Part shown: piece by piece, positions 47,193 to 59,984 of the stretch
How the letters are laid out: every line of letters begins with the position of its first letter
Position numbering within the stretch: position 1 is the first letter of the stretch
Source of the DNA: Klebsormidium nitens
Taxonomy: Eukaryota > Plantae > Klebsormidiophyceae
Assembly (NCBI GenBank): GCA_000708835.1
Contig: DF237376.1
Location: 15,116-79,115 of the forward strand
Length of the DNA stretch: 64,000 nucleotides
Reading direction: 5' to 3'
Made by a program: the position numbers and the translations under genes
The notes under the pieces: generated by a model
Seen by the model: only the letters and a program-made list of their open reading frames with translations
Databases searched by the model: none
Told to the model about the DNA's origin: nothing

Positions 47193-50100
47193 CTACTTTT
47201 TAAGTGTGAGTTTTGGGCGGGGTATTGCTGTGAGATGGCTGAAGATGAGGCCCGGCTTGGGCCCCTCGCCATCCTTGAGCGTGGCCTGGAAGATCTCTTG
47301 ACACCGGGCAATGACCTGCAGAGACGTTACAAGCCGTTCGGTTTTGTAGCGTGCATACAGTACGGGGCTCGCGCGCAAATGCTCTGACGCGACAATTGCA
47401 GCAGGAAAGGCTGAGCCTGCACTTCGCTGAGCCTGCATAAGTATCACTTTGTGCGACTCCTTTCAAGCACCGTACTTATGAGTTGATTGAACTTGTCGAG
47501 TCGAAGTAGCATTGCTAGACTGAAACTGATCAGCGGAAAGCAAAGGCGACGAAGAAGGACTCACCTCTTTTTTGTCCGCCTTGGCAATGTCTTCTCGGAA
47601 GCCGACGAGCTTCGCAACAACTTCCGGCTGAGAAGAGAGAAGGGAAGCAATCAAAGACGTGTTTGTTTCTCAAGGCGACGTCGTTGACAAAGGGTGCCCT
47701 ACACAACCCCAAGTTGAGTACAAGCAGCAACAGTTGCCACCCTCATTCCAGACTGCTGCTCAGATCAACTTCGGCACAGCAATACGTAAACTAGTTCACG
47801 ACCAAAGAACAGCAGGACTCTAACCTCGGCGCTCTATGGAAGCTGTCAGGCACTACGCGTGATTCTACGAACAACCGCTGCAAACCCGTTGTCAGCGGAT
47901 GGAACGAATTTGAAGCGGTGCTCGACAAGACCACGACTATTTAGGAGTGGTTATGTTGGTCAAGAGAACACATTTTGACACCATTTTGACGCATCTCTGC
48001 AACAAAAAGGCGTAGGTCATGATGGAACAAGCGTCAGAAGCTGGCAGGCGGCGGAACAGCTCACGGGGCAGTCGGGGTGGTTCTGCAGGAGCGTGGTGTA
48101 GTTGAGCTCGAACGACTCGGAGCTGTCCGACATGATCAGCTCGCGCAAATCCGCCAGCGGCTGCACGCGCTTCTCCACCTTCTGCAAGGGGGTTAGGAGT
48201 GGGGTTACAGATGGGCTGAGGGTTAGTACTGGCGTTGGATCAGGGTGGAATGGTTGAAGAGCCGAGTGGACTCTGAGCTTTGAAGTAGGGGTGGGGTTAC
48301 AACGAGCGTTACAGATCGATCATGGCGTGAAAGGGTCCGGTTTCAGGAGGCAGTATTGGGCTCAGAATCCAGGATCAAGAGGGCGACCAGGGGTGGCCCC
48401 GTCTAAGCGAAACAGACGCATCCACGTATGCTCCCACAGCACACCTCTATTCGTCGTCAAGCAACCGTTTGGCCCGATCTGGCCCCTTCATGACTACATT
48501 TCATTGGCCTTACCATTCCCGAATTTCAAATCCTCCTTGATCGAGCACGCCCGAATCGTAAAGCCCTAAAACCCTGTAACGACTCTGTCCGCACATGTTC
48601 ATGTGCGCCCTCCGTGATCTTGAAACTGAGCAAGGAAGACGGCTATTCGACAGACATTCATGCAAAGCGGAATAAAACTCTCTAGTTGACATGGTACTGA
48701 TGCCGCTGACGGGCAATCCTTCGTCACAGCTGTCGAGCGGCCAAGCGCACCTTTTCGTTGACGTGCACCTTGAAGAAGTCGTTGATCTGGTACTCGTCCT
48801 TGCCCATCCGCTCCAGCGTCGCCTCCTTCACGTAGTTCTTCTGCGCGACGCGGGTCGGGTGTTCTCTTCGTCAGTGACGAGTAAGCCACGTGTCCCACAA
48901 TTGGAGCACTACAGAAGCGCTCTATTGCGTAATGGCGGAAGTGAACAAAACGAGCGGACCCTCTTCGTGGCAACCAATACAAAAGCACCCGATTCAAGCG
49001 ACAGCGACAGGGCGCATTTCTGGAAAGTGACGTCATCCTCCGGTATTGCCGATAATTTCGGCAGACGTCAGCAGGGGCGTCAGCGAAGAGTGGGACCGCA
49101 CCTGCAGCAGCAGCGCGTCGACGTACGCCACGATGGTCCGCTCCAGGCACGCCTCCGCAAAGCGCCGGAAGGACCGCTCCTCGATGAACCTGCGAGACGC
49201 AAGACGCGGCCTGTCCAAAGTGGGCGTACACAAATGCGTCTCAAGTGACGTGACAAAGCGACTGTGAAAGCTTTCTCATTGTAGCGACGCTTAAGCGCCT
49301 GAATCCTATTGATGTCCCTCCCTCCTGACTTTACTGTTGCGGCCCCTTGAAAAGATCGAGACTACCAGTCTGCAAACAGAGACCTCTAGATTTGTTCTTG
49401 TGTGACAACAAGCTGCATTTACGTCTAGAGGGCTGCTCTGACGCTCGTGAGAAAGGAATCAAAGATCGCTCTTGTGCTCCGTCCGTGTAGCTCAATTGTA
49501 CTCGTTCACAACACTCCTGGTCGTGTCTTCTGATTGTCAAAAGATTATAAACGGTAGACTCCACTGGATGTTGGTAGTCGAGGCATTCTGTTAAGCTCGC
49601 ACGTACCGTTCGATGTCGCCGAAGTAGTCCCGAAACGTCTCGATCAGCGTCTCCGTGACCAACCCCTGGTACCAATCTGCAGCACAAGGCCCGCTTTCAA
49701 CCTCCGTCACGGACCGCTCACGTCTGAAACGTTTCTTCAACGGATTTTTAACGATTCTTTATCTTCTATTGCTTCGCATGCTCCGGGGCAGTCAGTACGG
49801 TTGTATCAGAAGACAGGAAAAGACAAGCAGGTTGCATCCCAAATCTTGGGGGTTGCGACGAGTTGCAGAAACACCGCAGCAAGACCTCAAGTGGCCGCAT
49901 TACCAGCAGATTTAAAGCTTGGGTTTCGCGTCCGAAAGCATGTAAAGCTCTGGAAGAGATTCCAGATTTCGAGACTCTTTTGAGCCTTTGACCCGTTTAA
50001 CCCGTTAGGAATAGCTCACCGTTTTGGTAGAGTGCCTGCAGAATGCTCCTTACTCCGGGGTCCTCGAAGATGAGCTTCAGCGTCAGATGCACGGCATCCT

Positions 50101-53100
50101 GAAGGGTGAGGAACTAGCATCTTAGCGTGCAAGAGTGCAAGGATTTACTATTCTCGAACTTCGAAATCCAAGGGAAATGGAGCCGGGCTTAGAAACCGCT
50201 GCCAGCAGACGAAAGTATCATGGCAAAGCGTTTTCTTGCAGTTGCATTTTCGCGCCTTGAAACCTCGTTGGAGTTCTAGTCTCTCGACAAAGAATGCGTC
50301 AGACACCGGGTTGTGCTTGCTAGAATGAGGGCAAACTCAAGCTTTTCGTAACGAGTCAAGGACGCCACAGGGGGAGCAGACGGGAACAGTAGAGCGCTTT
50401 TCGTGGAAGCAGCAATAGATCGATTTAAACGATGCACGTAACACAAATACCGGCTACCTAGGGCATGAGACGTGATGAGACCTCACCTTGGCAATATCGA
50501 GGAAGTTTCGACACGTGTCCTCGAAATGGATCTGCACAGGGACCAGTGACCTTCACAAATAAGACCTCTGCTTGATGCTTGAGGCGTCCTTAAACAGAGA
50601 CCACAATGCGGGAAATCAAAACGGACCAATGATAAATTCAGTGGAAGCTTTGTTTTGTTGTCCGAGACGTCCTGACGAGCTCTGGCGTTCTCGACATCTT
50701 TCACATTGCAAATAGAGCAATGGAACGGGAGTCGAACAAGCTTAGGAATAAGTCTACAGTCCTCGACCCGTCCAGAGAAGCCCAGCCTGAAAGGTTGACG
50801 ATCTGCGAAGGTAGTCAAGGACAACGTCGGCAAGAGTAGCGCACCTGCTCAGAACTACAAAGGAGCGCGTGACGAAAGGTTGTCGAAGAGGTCCCTGCCC
50901 TATGAGCTGCAAACCCCAAAGCCTAATCGGAACCTTAACCCTGCTCCAAAATGTCTGCATGCGGCGCGCAGCTGCTCGAGCGTCGTCATCGGGAAGGGAG
51001 TGCGTGTTCTTCTCGAAGAGGTCCACAAACTCAGAGACTTTGAGAACTTCCTAACCCCACAAACCCTGAACCCTCAACTCGAAGGTCTAACCCCTGGAGT
51101 CGTGCACCAAACCCTGCAGCAAGAAGCGCGTACCTGCTCTGCGTAGTAGTCGGGGAGGGAGTGCATGATGTTTTCGGAGAGGTCTTTCGCGAGGTCGTAG
51201 CAGCGCACGTTGTTGTTCACCAGCGCGCACAGGTGCTCCAGCCCGATCTCCATCACCGGCTCGTCCATGTGCCGCCGCTCCGCTGCCTGGAAGTCGTTCA
51301 TAACCTGGCAGAAAAGGTTATGGGTTACGAGATTGCGAGAATACGGGCTTGAGAATCATCGGATTGTAAGGGAATCTGCAGTCACAGGTGCTCCAGCCCA
51401 ATCTGCATCACCGGCTCCTCCTTGTGCCGCCACTTTGTCGCCTGGAAGTCGTTCATCACTTGGTGGGGAAGGAAGTTTCTCAGGTCAGGGTTACAGATCA
51501 TGTGGTATTTTCAGTGCTTTAAAAGAGATAGGGTCCCAGGGGCACTTGATCAAAGGTGCTCCAACGCAAACGCAATCAATCGCTTCTCCATGTGCGGCCG
51601 CTCCGCCGCCTGGAAGTCGTTCAACACTGGCAAGCAAAGGATGTCGGATGACGATCTAGAGAAGCTTCAAGAATTGGCTCTTTGAGTCATGAAAGTAGAT
51701 CGTCAACGTGCGAACAATTGAACCCGGATGTTGGCGTCTTCTTGCGGTCGCATCCAACCGCCAGACATGCCGGAAAGGGCTTCTTGAGTCCGGAAAGTTC
51801 CGCAGCTTTCACTTTCGCAACAACCGCTAAATCAGAAGACGCAATCAGAAATCTGATACTTTTCGTCAACCTTAGGCCTGCCACGTGGCAGTCACCCTGA
51901 TGACGGCCTGTGTACAACCTTCTAGACCCTACCCTTCTTCGACCCTTCAGAAGACTCAGCTAACAAGATAGTTGACCAATGGCACCCACCTGGATGACCT
52001 TCTGCACGGCCATGGAAACCATACCCCTTTTCTATCCAACAAAAGCCCTAAAATCAGGAAATCTTCCAAATCTCCGAAGTTCGCCACACGTCATCACATG
52101 GATGATGGCTCACGCAACCTGGTAGACCATACCCCTTTTGTGTGTGTAGGTAAATATACATCACAAATCTTTCTTGCATTAGAACTTCATCCGAAACGTC
52201 CAAAGTCTTTCTTGTGTCACTCACCTGAATGACCGCCTGCGCGACCCTGTAGACCATACCCCTTTTCAATGAAGAGAAAGATGTACCTAGGAGTTCAGAA
52301 TTCCTCAAAATCTGCCACGTAAGTCAAGTTCTGCCACGTGTCCCTCACCTGGATGACGGCCTGCGCGACCTTGTAGACCATGATCCCGGTGCAGTTGTTT
52401 TGCACGGTGGCCACCTGCTCCCCCAGCAGCCGGAAGAAGTCCACCGCCGACGGCGTCCAGCAGCGGCCCTCGTCGCTGAACTTGGGGGGGCGGCTCCAGT
52501 CATCCTCCAGAATGTTGCTCAACCACGACTGCGCGGGGCATATGAAAGTTTTTAGTGAGTTAACGAAGGTTGTGTTGTGGACGTTCCTTATCAGGAATGG
52601 CGGTTCCAATCGTCCTGAAAAATGTTGAGGAACTTTGAAAATTCAGATGATTGTTCAGGAAGCACGACCGCAAAAGGAGAGACAAGGCTTTGACGAAGAT
52701 TTGGGGTCCGGTCGTCGTCCAAGATGTCGCAGAAGGACTGTGCGAAAAAAGAGTGAAGGGTTTGATTGTTCATTGGCTTGTGTTTCTTAGCTCCTCCTTC
52801 ATGAGAGAGTCTGCTTATCCAGGAAAAGGGCTGTCGTCGTCCATCAGAAAGTTGTGAAAGCAGGACTGTGGAAAATAGAACAGGGATTTCGGAAACAAGG
52901 GGTTTAGTGTCCCCCAGATCACAAACAATCTAGCTCCGCTCCTTCCAGGAATTTGCTTCATTGCAGGGGCGGCTCCGGTCTTGACCAACAGCTGCCGAAC
53001 CACGACTGCACGCAACGAACTCGTGAATTCGCGCTTTTTTGATCCCAACGATTCGTGGACGGTTCGATTTTGGCTTTGCTGAAAGTAAGGTAACAGCCCT

Positions 53101-56100
53101 GGTACCGTTCTGCAGAACCAAAACTGCGTGGGTCAAGGAGCTCAAACCCCAGGCATTGGAGGGTAGGAGTCTTGGAAAACCCCTCCAGCTGGCTCAAGGG
53201 TCTGTGGATACTTTGTGCAATCCACTGATTGTACGGGACACTTGCTCACCTAGCTCCAGATACTTGCTTACTCAGCTCCAAATGAGAAACACACACGAAA
53301 GAAGAATCAAAATCATTTGCGATTTATTCAGTCGATACTTCAGGAGGCTCTTTTGGCCTGTGCAGCAGTGAGATAAAAGACAAACTCAAGGAGCCGGCTC
53401 CCTGCGGCTAAGGCGTTCAGACAGGTCACGCGACTTCCTCAAAAGCTCAAAACGTGGGGGGACATGCAATGAGTTGTGGTCGCGCTTCATTCCAACAGCC
53501 CGGACATAGCCCGTTCTGAAGAGACATGCTAGCACCCAACCTAATAGAACCGGCATTCCGCAGTCCTCAGAAAGCAGCCTCGATTCACACAGTTTTAGGA
53601 CATCTGAGACATCCCAAGTACAGATCGAAACACAGCTTTGTCGAAAGCGTTGCCTCGCCCACCTGCATCGAGTCTTGCATGCGGTCCACGTAGGCGTTCA
53701 TGAGGGGGTCCATTGCGCCGCACTCCGCCAAGATCTCCGCCTTGGACTCTTCCACTCCTAGAGCTAGAAGCTGTTCTTGGTACCGTGCAATCCAGCCCAT
53801 CACCTGCAAGGGCAGAAACGGAAAAATAATGCATCGGCTGACGTCAGCTGAGGCAGTTTGGGGCCAACGAGCAGACACTGCGTCCGTACATTCGCCTTGG
53901 GAACCGTTGACTGGCATTGCACCAGCTTCAGCATGTACGCCGAGAGCCTGCAGATCAGACGTCAAAAAGCAAAAACGCCGCGGACAAGTTGCCAGCCCGA
54001 ATCTCTTTCGATTGGAAAAAGAATACGAGGGAGCACAGCAATCGGGTCAGCCACTCTGGCCAGGAAGGGGCACCGGCGCGAATCGGAAACGGCATGCTTG
54101 CGAGGAGGAATAGAGGGACGTCTGGAGCCCGCAGACTGGTCGTGAGCGAACCCGTTCTCAGTGCAGCTTCAGATTCAGGGGCTTAAACAGCGCTGAAAGA
54201 GGGCATCCCCCGAGGGGACTCCCCACTGGGTATACAAAGCACGCCTTAATACGAGCCGTCAGAAATGCTGCTCTGAAGCTCTACTGAGCACTGCCATTGC
54301 AGATTGCTGCTGTAAAAAGCGTGTCCTTCTGGAAAGAGTTGTTCTAGAGTAAATCAAGATTGTTGCGTTTGCTTTAACGACTGACTAAACTGGCCTTTCA
54401 CAGACGTGGAACGGTGCCCTGGGCTTTTAAATAGATGTCAAGTAATCAGCTGTAGGAGGGTGTTCAGGGGAGTGCCTTGCAACTTTGACGTGATGGGACG
54501 TGAATTCTTACGCGGTGTCGGGTGCTGTATTGATGGCATTCTGCTCGCTTCTCACGACTGATAGCGACTAGCAGTCGCTTCTACAAGGTGGAGAGCCAGA
54601 CTGAGGGATGTTTTCGAAGCAAATCCTGACGACGAGACGAGTGGAAAGAATGCTCCTTCCAAACGATGTGACATGTCATTGCACGAGAATCGATTGTGAT
54701 CATGGACGCACCGCAGGTTCGACTTTGACGGGTGCAGGAAAGGTTGCTGGCGGTCAACTGACAAACAGACAGGTAGAGGGAAGGGTCTGCATTAAGATGT
54801 ATTATGGAAGCTGCGAGGCTGTATAAGGATGTAAGGGGTGAGAAACTCTAAAAGCGAGGACGAATGACTTGGCGTGGAGACACTGAGGTAAAATTCCAGG
54901 ATTGCGAACTCGATGAGAGTTACCTTGCAGACTAAACTTCCCCTGCAGAGATCAGGTGAGGAAGGGAATTAAAGAGACGCAGCTTGTACGCCCTGTTCCG
55001 GAACAACGGGAAACGTGCACATGGAGTGAATGGAACGGAACAACAGAAGGGTAGGCGCGGCGGTCCCACCTTGAGGATGTCGATGTTGGCGAGGTCCTGC
55101 GCCTTGTCCCCCAGTTTGCGCAGCATGGTGGACAAGTGCTGCGTGTACAGCTGGACCATGAAGACGAAGATCTCGTACCTGCGGCACGTCACGCCGACGT
55201 CAGCAGCGCAGATTTTCGGAACTGGGACCGTGTCGACGGTCACAGAAGAATGTACCGGCGGGAAGGCTAAGGAGCTCAGCAATGCTCTTTGTCCTTTTCA
55301 TTGGCGGAAGTTGACAAGTGCTGCTCGCGCAATCTTGACAAGACGCCCATTGGATGGACACTCTGGAGAGAATCTTGACAAAAATCTCGTACTTGCGAGC
55401 AGCGCACTGCCGTCAGGAGCGCAAAGTGAACAATGCAATCTCTGTACGCTTAAACGTCATTCAAGCGCTCTGCTCTTTACAGTGCCAAAGTCCGCTTTTT
55501 CTGCAATCCACTTGTTGACTATGCGGAAAGATATCCCGAAAAGTGAACTGTGAAATTGGATGGGCCCAGATCGAAACAAAGAATACTTCAAGGGACGGAT
55601 CGAACGTTCCCGCTGCAAATCTTGAGATAACAGTGCTTAACCTCAATAGCGTCTGAGGCCTCGCGAAAGCTAGCTTGTCCTAAACGAAACAGCAGAACGT
55701 CCCTGAGGACCTCAGAGCTAAGGCTTACTGGGGAGGAAAGCACGGAGCGACGTAGTCATAGATGTCGGGCAGCTCCGATGCAATCTGCACAACCAAAATA
55801 ACCCCGTCACTTTCAAAGCGCACCATGCCAATCGCATCCTGTCGCGGCTATTTTGTACCGAACACCAACTCCGGCTACGGCACCTTCTCCTCTAACACCG
55901 TCAGTGATCTGGAAAGTCGATACGAAAAAGCTCAGAAGCTCCATGAGAAGTCCTCCCTCGGGGCCCGTGGTCCTTTTGCGCGTCTTAGAACGGGGGAACG
56001 ATATCAATGAAAGTCTGGGAGTCGTTCTGAAATCTGGTTGAAGTTGTGCACTCACAGGCGCACTCTTAAAAGTCAGACCGCAGCTGCAAGCATGGATTGA

Positions 56101-59100
56101 GGCCGTGCGATGGCCATTCCTTCCGAGGACCAATTGAGCTGAAACGGATTTGCACCGCACTCGATGCCTTTCAAGAAACAGTTCACTATAGGGTACAGGT
56201 TGAGAAGCAGAGCACTTACGGCACTGGCCTCGTCCAACACCTTTTTCAGGTCCTCATGGATGAACTGCGCGCACGTACGAGAAGAAACTGTCAGCAGGTT
56301 GAGCTTTCAATTTGTCGCTTTTGAGAACTAGTCCCATCCTGGATCTCGCATCGTGCTGCCGGGCCCTTGATTCTCGTCTAAATTTCACCCCTTCCACTGT
56401 CGTTTCCCGCTTTACTTCCTTTTTGCTAGTCCATTCTTTGATTTTGTAGATCTCTGCACTTAATCTAAAACCGATAGCACCCTGGTCACGTGGGGTACCG
56501 AGCGAGCAGGACCGTGTCAAATCAAAACAGTCACGACACATTTCAAATGTGACATGTCAGCAAAGCTCTACGAGGCTGTTCAAAGAGCGGACTCTTAGCT
56601 GCAGTCATGATTCAGCCAAGCAGGAATAGCCAAAGCAACTTTGGCTTCAAGGTGCGACCCAAGCCCGCTCAGACTCTGCGGAAAAGAGCGTCGGCCAGGA
56701 TTCAAATTCTTTTTCGTTTTTGCAGCTCACGTTATTTAGCAGGTCGTGGAAATGGTCCTCCACCCCCCGCTCTAGTTCGCTGAAGCAGCGCGTCTTGTAG
56801 TTGCGCGGCTGCTTGGGCGGCGCCGTCGTCCCAGGGGGATCCCCCCCAGCCGTGCTCGCCTTGTCGGCCTCGGCCGCCTCGCGCGCCGCCTCCGCATCAA
56901 TCACCTCCTGCATCTCCACGATCTTGGCGCACCGCACCAGCGTCTGAGGACTGCAGGGACGAAGAGATCGGGATCATGCTGCCTGGAGTACAGACTGATC
57001 GTAGCGGCTTTTAAGATTCTAAGGTCTTATGATTTGGTGTGTATAGGGAGCAAGGATGGTTATGTGTCTTCACACGAGATTGACGCCCGCGCACCAGCGT
57101 TTGAGGACTGCAGGGACGGGGAGAACTCGTGAACACGTAGGTGCGAAAGATTGGATCGAAATTATCAACTTGCCGATCATCTGTCACCTAAACGGTTCCT
57201 TGGGCACACTGCAGCAGCGCCTGGGGCCTGCCAGGAGCAGGCAGAGATTCTAACCATGTTGTGGCGGACGGGTATCGCCTGAAACTTTGTCCTTGCACTT
57301 TATCTCGAATCGAACGTTCACCAACCCTTTCTGGATGCTGCAGATCAGGAAAGTTCAGACTGAATTCCCTCGCAGGCATGGCCGTTCCTTTCGTCCATCG
57401 TGGCTCCTCGAGGCAAATTGACAGAGTGTCCAATGCAAGCTGGCACCCCCTTCTTCAGACTGTGAGACCTCTCACTTCTTGCAAATTCTTCTCAGCACTT
57501 GTGACTGCAGAAACATGGAGCGGCGGGTGCAAGCACTGTAATCAACGTCGGCCAAACCCATGATTAGGCCTCACCTCTCCTGCGCCAGGTTGAAGAAGTC
57601 CCGGATGTGGCCCCACAGCGTCTCCTCGAACATCTCCCGTGTCTGGCTCACCTCCTCGAAGTACTCCCTGCGGGCATATGTAAGTGACGTCATTGAGATC
57701 GCTCGTTTGGTCAATCCTGCTGCGACCCGCTTTGGCGGTGCTCATCGAGCTGCAAGACTTGATCAAAATTTTGAAGATCCGTGTTTGATACATCTAAACG
57801 GGTTGTTCAATGACGAATAAACGCCAGACGGCCCAATCTAGTGGCGGGACTTGTCGGCCAGAATCAAGTGGAAATTGCTAGCGTCAACTCCCGAGTTTCG
57901 AGCCAGCAAATGGTGCAGCGACGGGAAGCATGCAATTGCCATGAAACAGTCGCCGCTGTATGACGTGAAGATGACGCAGGTGAAACCAGTCAATTGAAAT
58001 GACGTAACGGGACAGCCCGTGGCGGGTTCTTGTGGCCGATTGCAGCGCATGAAAATGTATTGCGTAGAGCTGTACACAAACGGCCAGAATCTACAGGCAA
58101 TGCATTCCCACGTCTGGGGGCGGAAAAGCATTGGGGCCGTGCGCGGGCACTCACGTGAGCCTGCTCGCCTCCGCTTTTCGGCTCCCGGTGGCTGCCAATG
58201 CGAACCTCCGCTTGCCCTCCAACACGTTCAACCGCTGCATGATGTAGGTTGGACGAGTCAGTCAGTCAGTCAGCGGGCTGGCTACTAAGATATAGAAAGG
58301 TGATACAAATTTGAATCGAGCGGCAAACACCTGAAACCAAGACGATTCCCCAAAGTTTTCCAGAATCGACCCCGTGTCTCCGCTGCATATCGACACTGCG
58401 TTCAAAATATGAAACCGTTGCCCAAAGCGAGCCTAAGAGAGAAGCAAGCCACAAGACGAAGCATGGCACGTCACTTTGTGACAAAGTTGCTTCAAGGCTC
58501 CTCGAAAACGGGCACCTTCACAAATTCAAAGAAAAAGGGGTGATCCGAACCGAAGCTCACCTCGAAGGTCCGGACGAGCTCTTTCTCGTTCGCCAGTGAA
58601 GCGCGAGCTGCGGCAGCCTCCTCCGATATTGACATCATGCCCTCAGCATCCTGGAAACCAAACAGTTCGTTCACGAACGGCCGTAGGCAACGTAAGATCC
58701 TCAGTCTCGCTGCCTTCCCTCTACAGATAGATCCGCTAAAAGCAACCTATTTGCTCGAAGCTATCCATTCACACCTGACCACAAGGTACTGAACAGCTGT
58801 TCGCCATTTGACACAAAACGAGGGAATGAGTTGGAGAGCGGCACTCCGCTCCGACAAGTGTCATACGGATACCAGATAATTGGAATAAGGCATCACAAGT
58901 CTTGACCTCCGGCCCACCTTGATGGCGGTGTTCAAGTTGTTGCGCGCATGGCTCAGGAGGTTGATCTGGTCGTGGTGGTCGATCAGGTTCTTACACTCAG
59001 TGCACAGCCTGCAAAAGCAATCGCCCATGTCCACTTTGGTCCTCATCTCTCTGCTTGACACCGCCTGTCCAAGCTGCCTTCATGAGCAAACAAGTGTCCT

Positions 59101-59984
59101 CAACGTGCCGCCTAGCAAGTCCTTCGTGTGGGGTAAGAAGCGCCCGGTTAGATCAAACGCAAGTGCCTCCAGTAGCAATGCTGCAACAGGATCCGACAGC
59201 GACAAAGCCCACTCACTTGTCAATGAGCATGAACGCATCTCGAAGCTCCCCAATGGTTGCTTGGGAGGCCGCCAACACGTCCATTCCAGCCTTTGCTTGC
59301 TCCACCTGGAAAGCCAAGACGGTGGCACCTTAGGCAGACTGGCAGCAAAGAAGGGAGGCCCAGCTTCTTGTGCAAACCCCATTAGACATTGAACGAAAGT
59401 ATGCCGTGCATGTAAAAACCAAGTATGAAAACCAAGGGAGAATATGCCCCCAGCATGCAGGACTTTGCACTCACGATTGCTGAAACTTGAGGTGTGAGTT
59501 GGATAATTAGACATCTTCGAAAGCAGGCCTTGAATGGCAGAGCCCAGTCCAAATATCGATTGGCCCCAACGAGATCTTCATTGCACACGGGGGAAGGATA
59601 CTTTGTCAGGGTGGTGCCCTCACCTGGGTCATCACGCTTGTACTCAACTGCGCGTCATTTGCCTGCAACATCAAACGAAAGATGCACTTAAAGCCGTCGA
59701 CTCAGGAACTTCCTTGGCTTTGGCAGCGGCCCGGGCCACAGAGAAGGGACGACGTAGACCAGTTTTCCAGATCTACGCGCTATATTGTCCTTAACAGCAA
59801 CCTGGATGATTGGCCCTCGCTGATCATGTGGCCAATACACTTGAGAAGAAGCATTTACCTGCTGCCTCTGTGCAAAGTCTGCCTTCAGCGCAGCAATGCT
59901 GGCGAGGTTTTCTGGAAGGGGCAGCAGCTTGGCCACCTCTTTCACGGCGGCCTCCTTCGCTTCAATCGCACTCAGCTCCGCCAT
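47193..59984 (-). CDS. SEC6: Exocyst complex component SEC6 (EXOC3); 22 exons: 59984-59859, 59662-59624, 59305-59217, 59008-58918, 58650-58561, 58234-58155, 57667-57575, 56950-56731, 56264-56220, 55784-55729, 55178-55070, 53803-53663, 52528-52349, 51304-51134, 50531-50487, 50098-50020, 49676-49607, 49189-49102, 48840-48751, 48181-48065, 47627-47565, 47315-47193 (~734 aa)
   Basis: The spliced translation follows plant SEC6 throughout: EAKEAAVKEVAKLLPLPE, ANDAQLST, LSHARNNLN, PQTLVRCAKIVEMQE, DIYDYVAPCFPP, GAMDPLMNAYVDRMQ, TPSAVDFFRLLGEQV, IFEDPGV, EERSFRRFAEACLE and QNHPDCPPEVV. All phases sum to a multiple of 3. Confidence 0.97.
50835..51035 (-). repeat. Echo copies of the 3' end and donor of SEC6 exon 14 (boundaries 50972 and 50845; real 51134)
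   Basis: Echo peptide DLFEKNTHSLPDDDAR versus the real DLSENIMHSLPDYYAEQ. The copy at 50845 keeps GAGCAG|gtgcgc. Confidence 0.7.
51305..52348 (-). repeat. SEC6 intron 13 built from four echoes of the exon 13 donor end and two echoes of the exon 14 acceptor end
   Basis: Donor-side copies of ATGGTCTACAAGGTCGCGCAGGCCGTCATCCAG|gtgag at 52225, 52098, 51990 and ~51896. Acceptor-side copies of cag|GTTATGAACGACTTCCAGGCAGCGGAGCGGCGGCACATGGA at 51626 and 51459. Confidence 0.9.
52600..53015 (-). repeat. Echo copies of the acceptor and 5' end of SEC6 exon 13 (boundaries ~52632, 52737, 52865, 53005; real 52528)
   Basis: Echo peptides FLNIFQDDWNR, QSFCDILDDD, QSCFHNFLMDDD and QSWFGSCWSRP versus the real QSWLSNILEDDWSRPP. 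Three copies keep CAG. Confidence 0.8.
56940..57240 (-). repeat. Echo copies of the acceptor and 5' end of SEC6 exon 8 (boundaries 57107 and 57227; real 56950)
   Basis: gtccctgcag|TCCTCAAACGCTGGTGC and ggcag|GCCCCAGGCGCTGCTGCAGTGTGCCCAAG (PQALLQCAQ), versus the real gtccctgcag|TCCTCAGACGCTGGTGCGGTGCGCCAAG (PQTLVRCAK). Confidence 0.8.
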
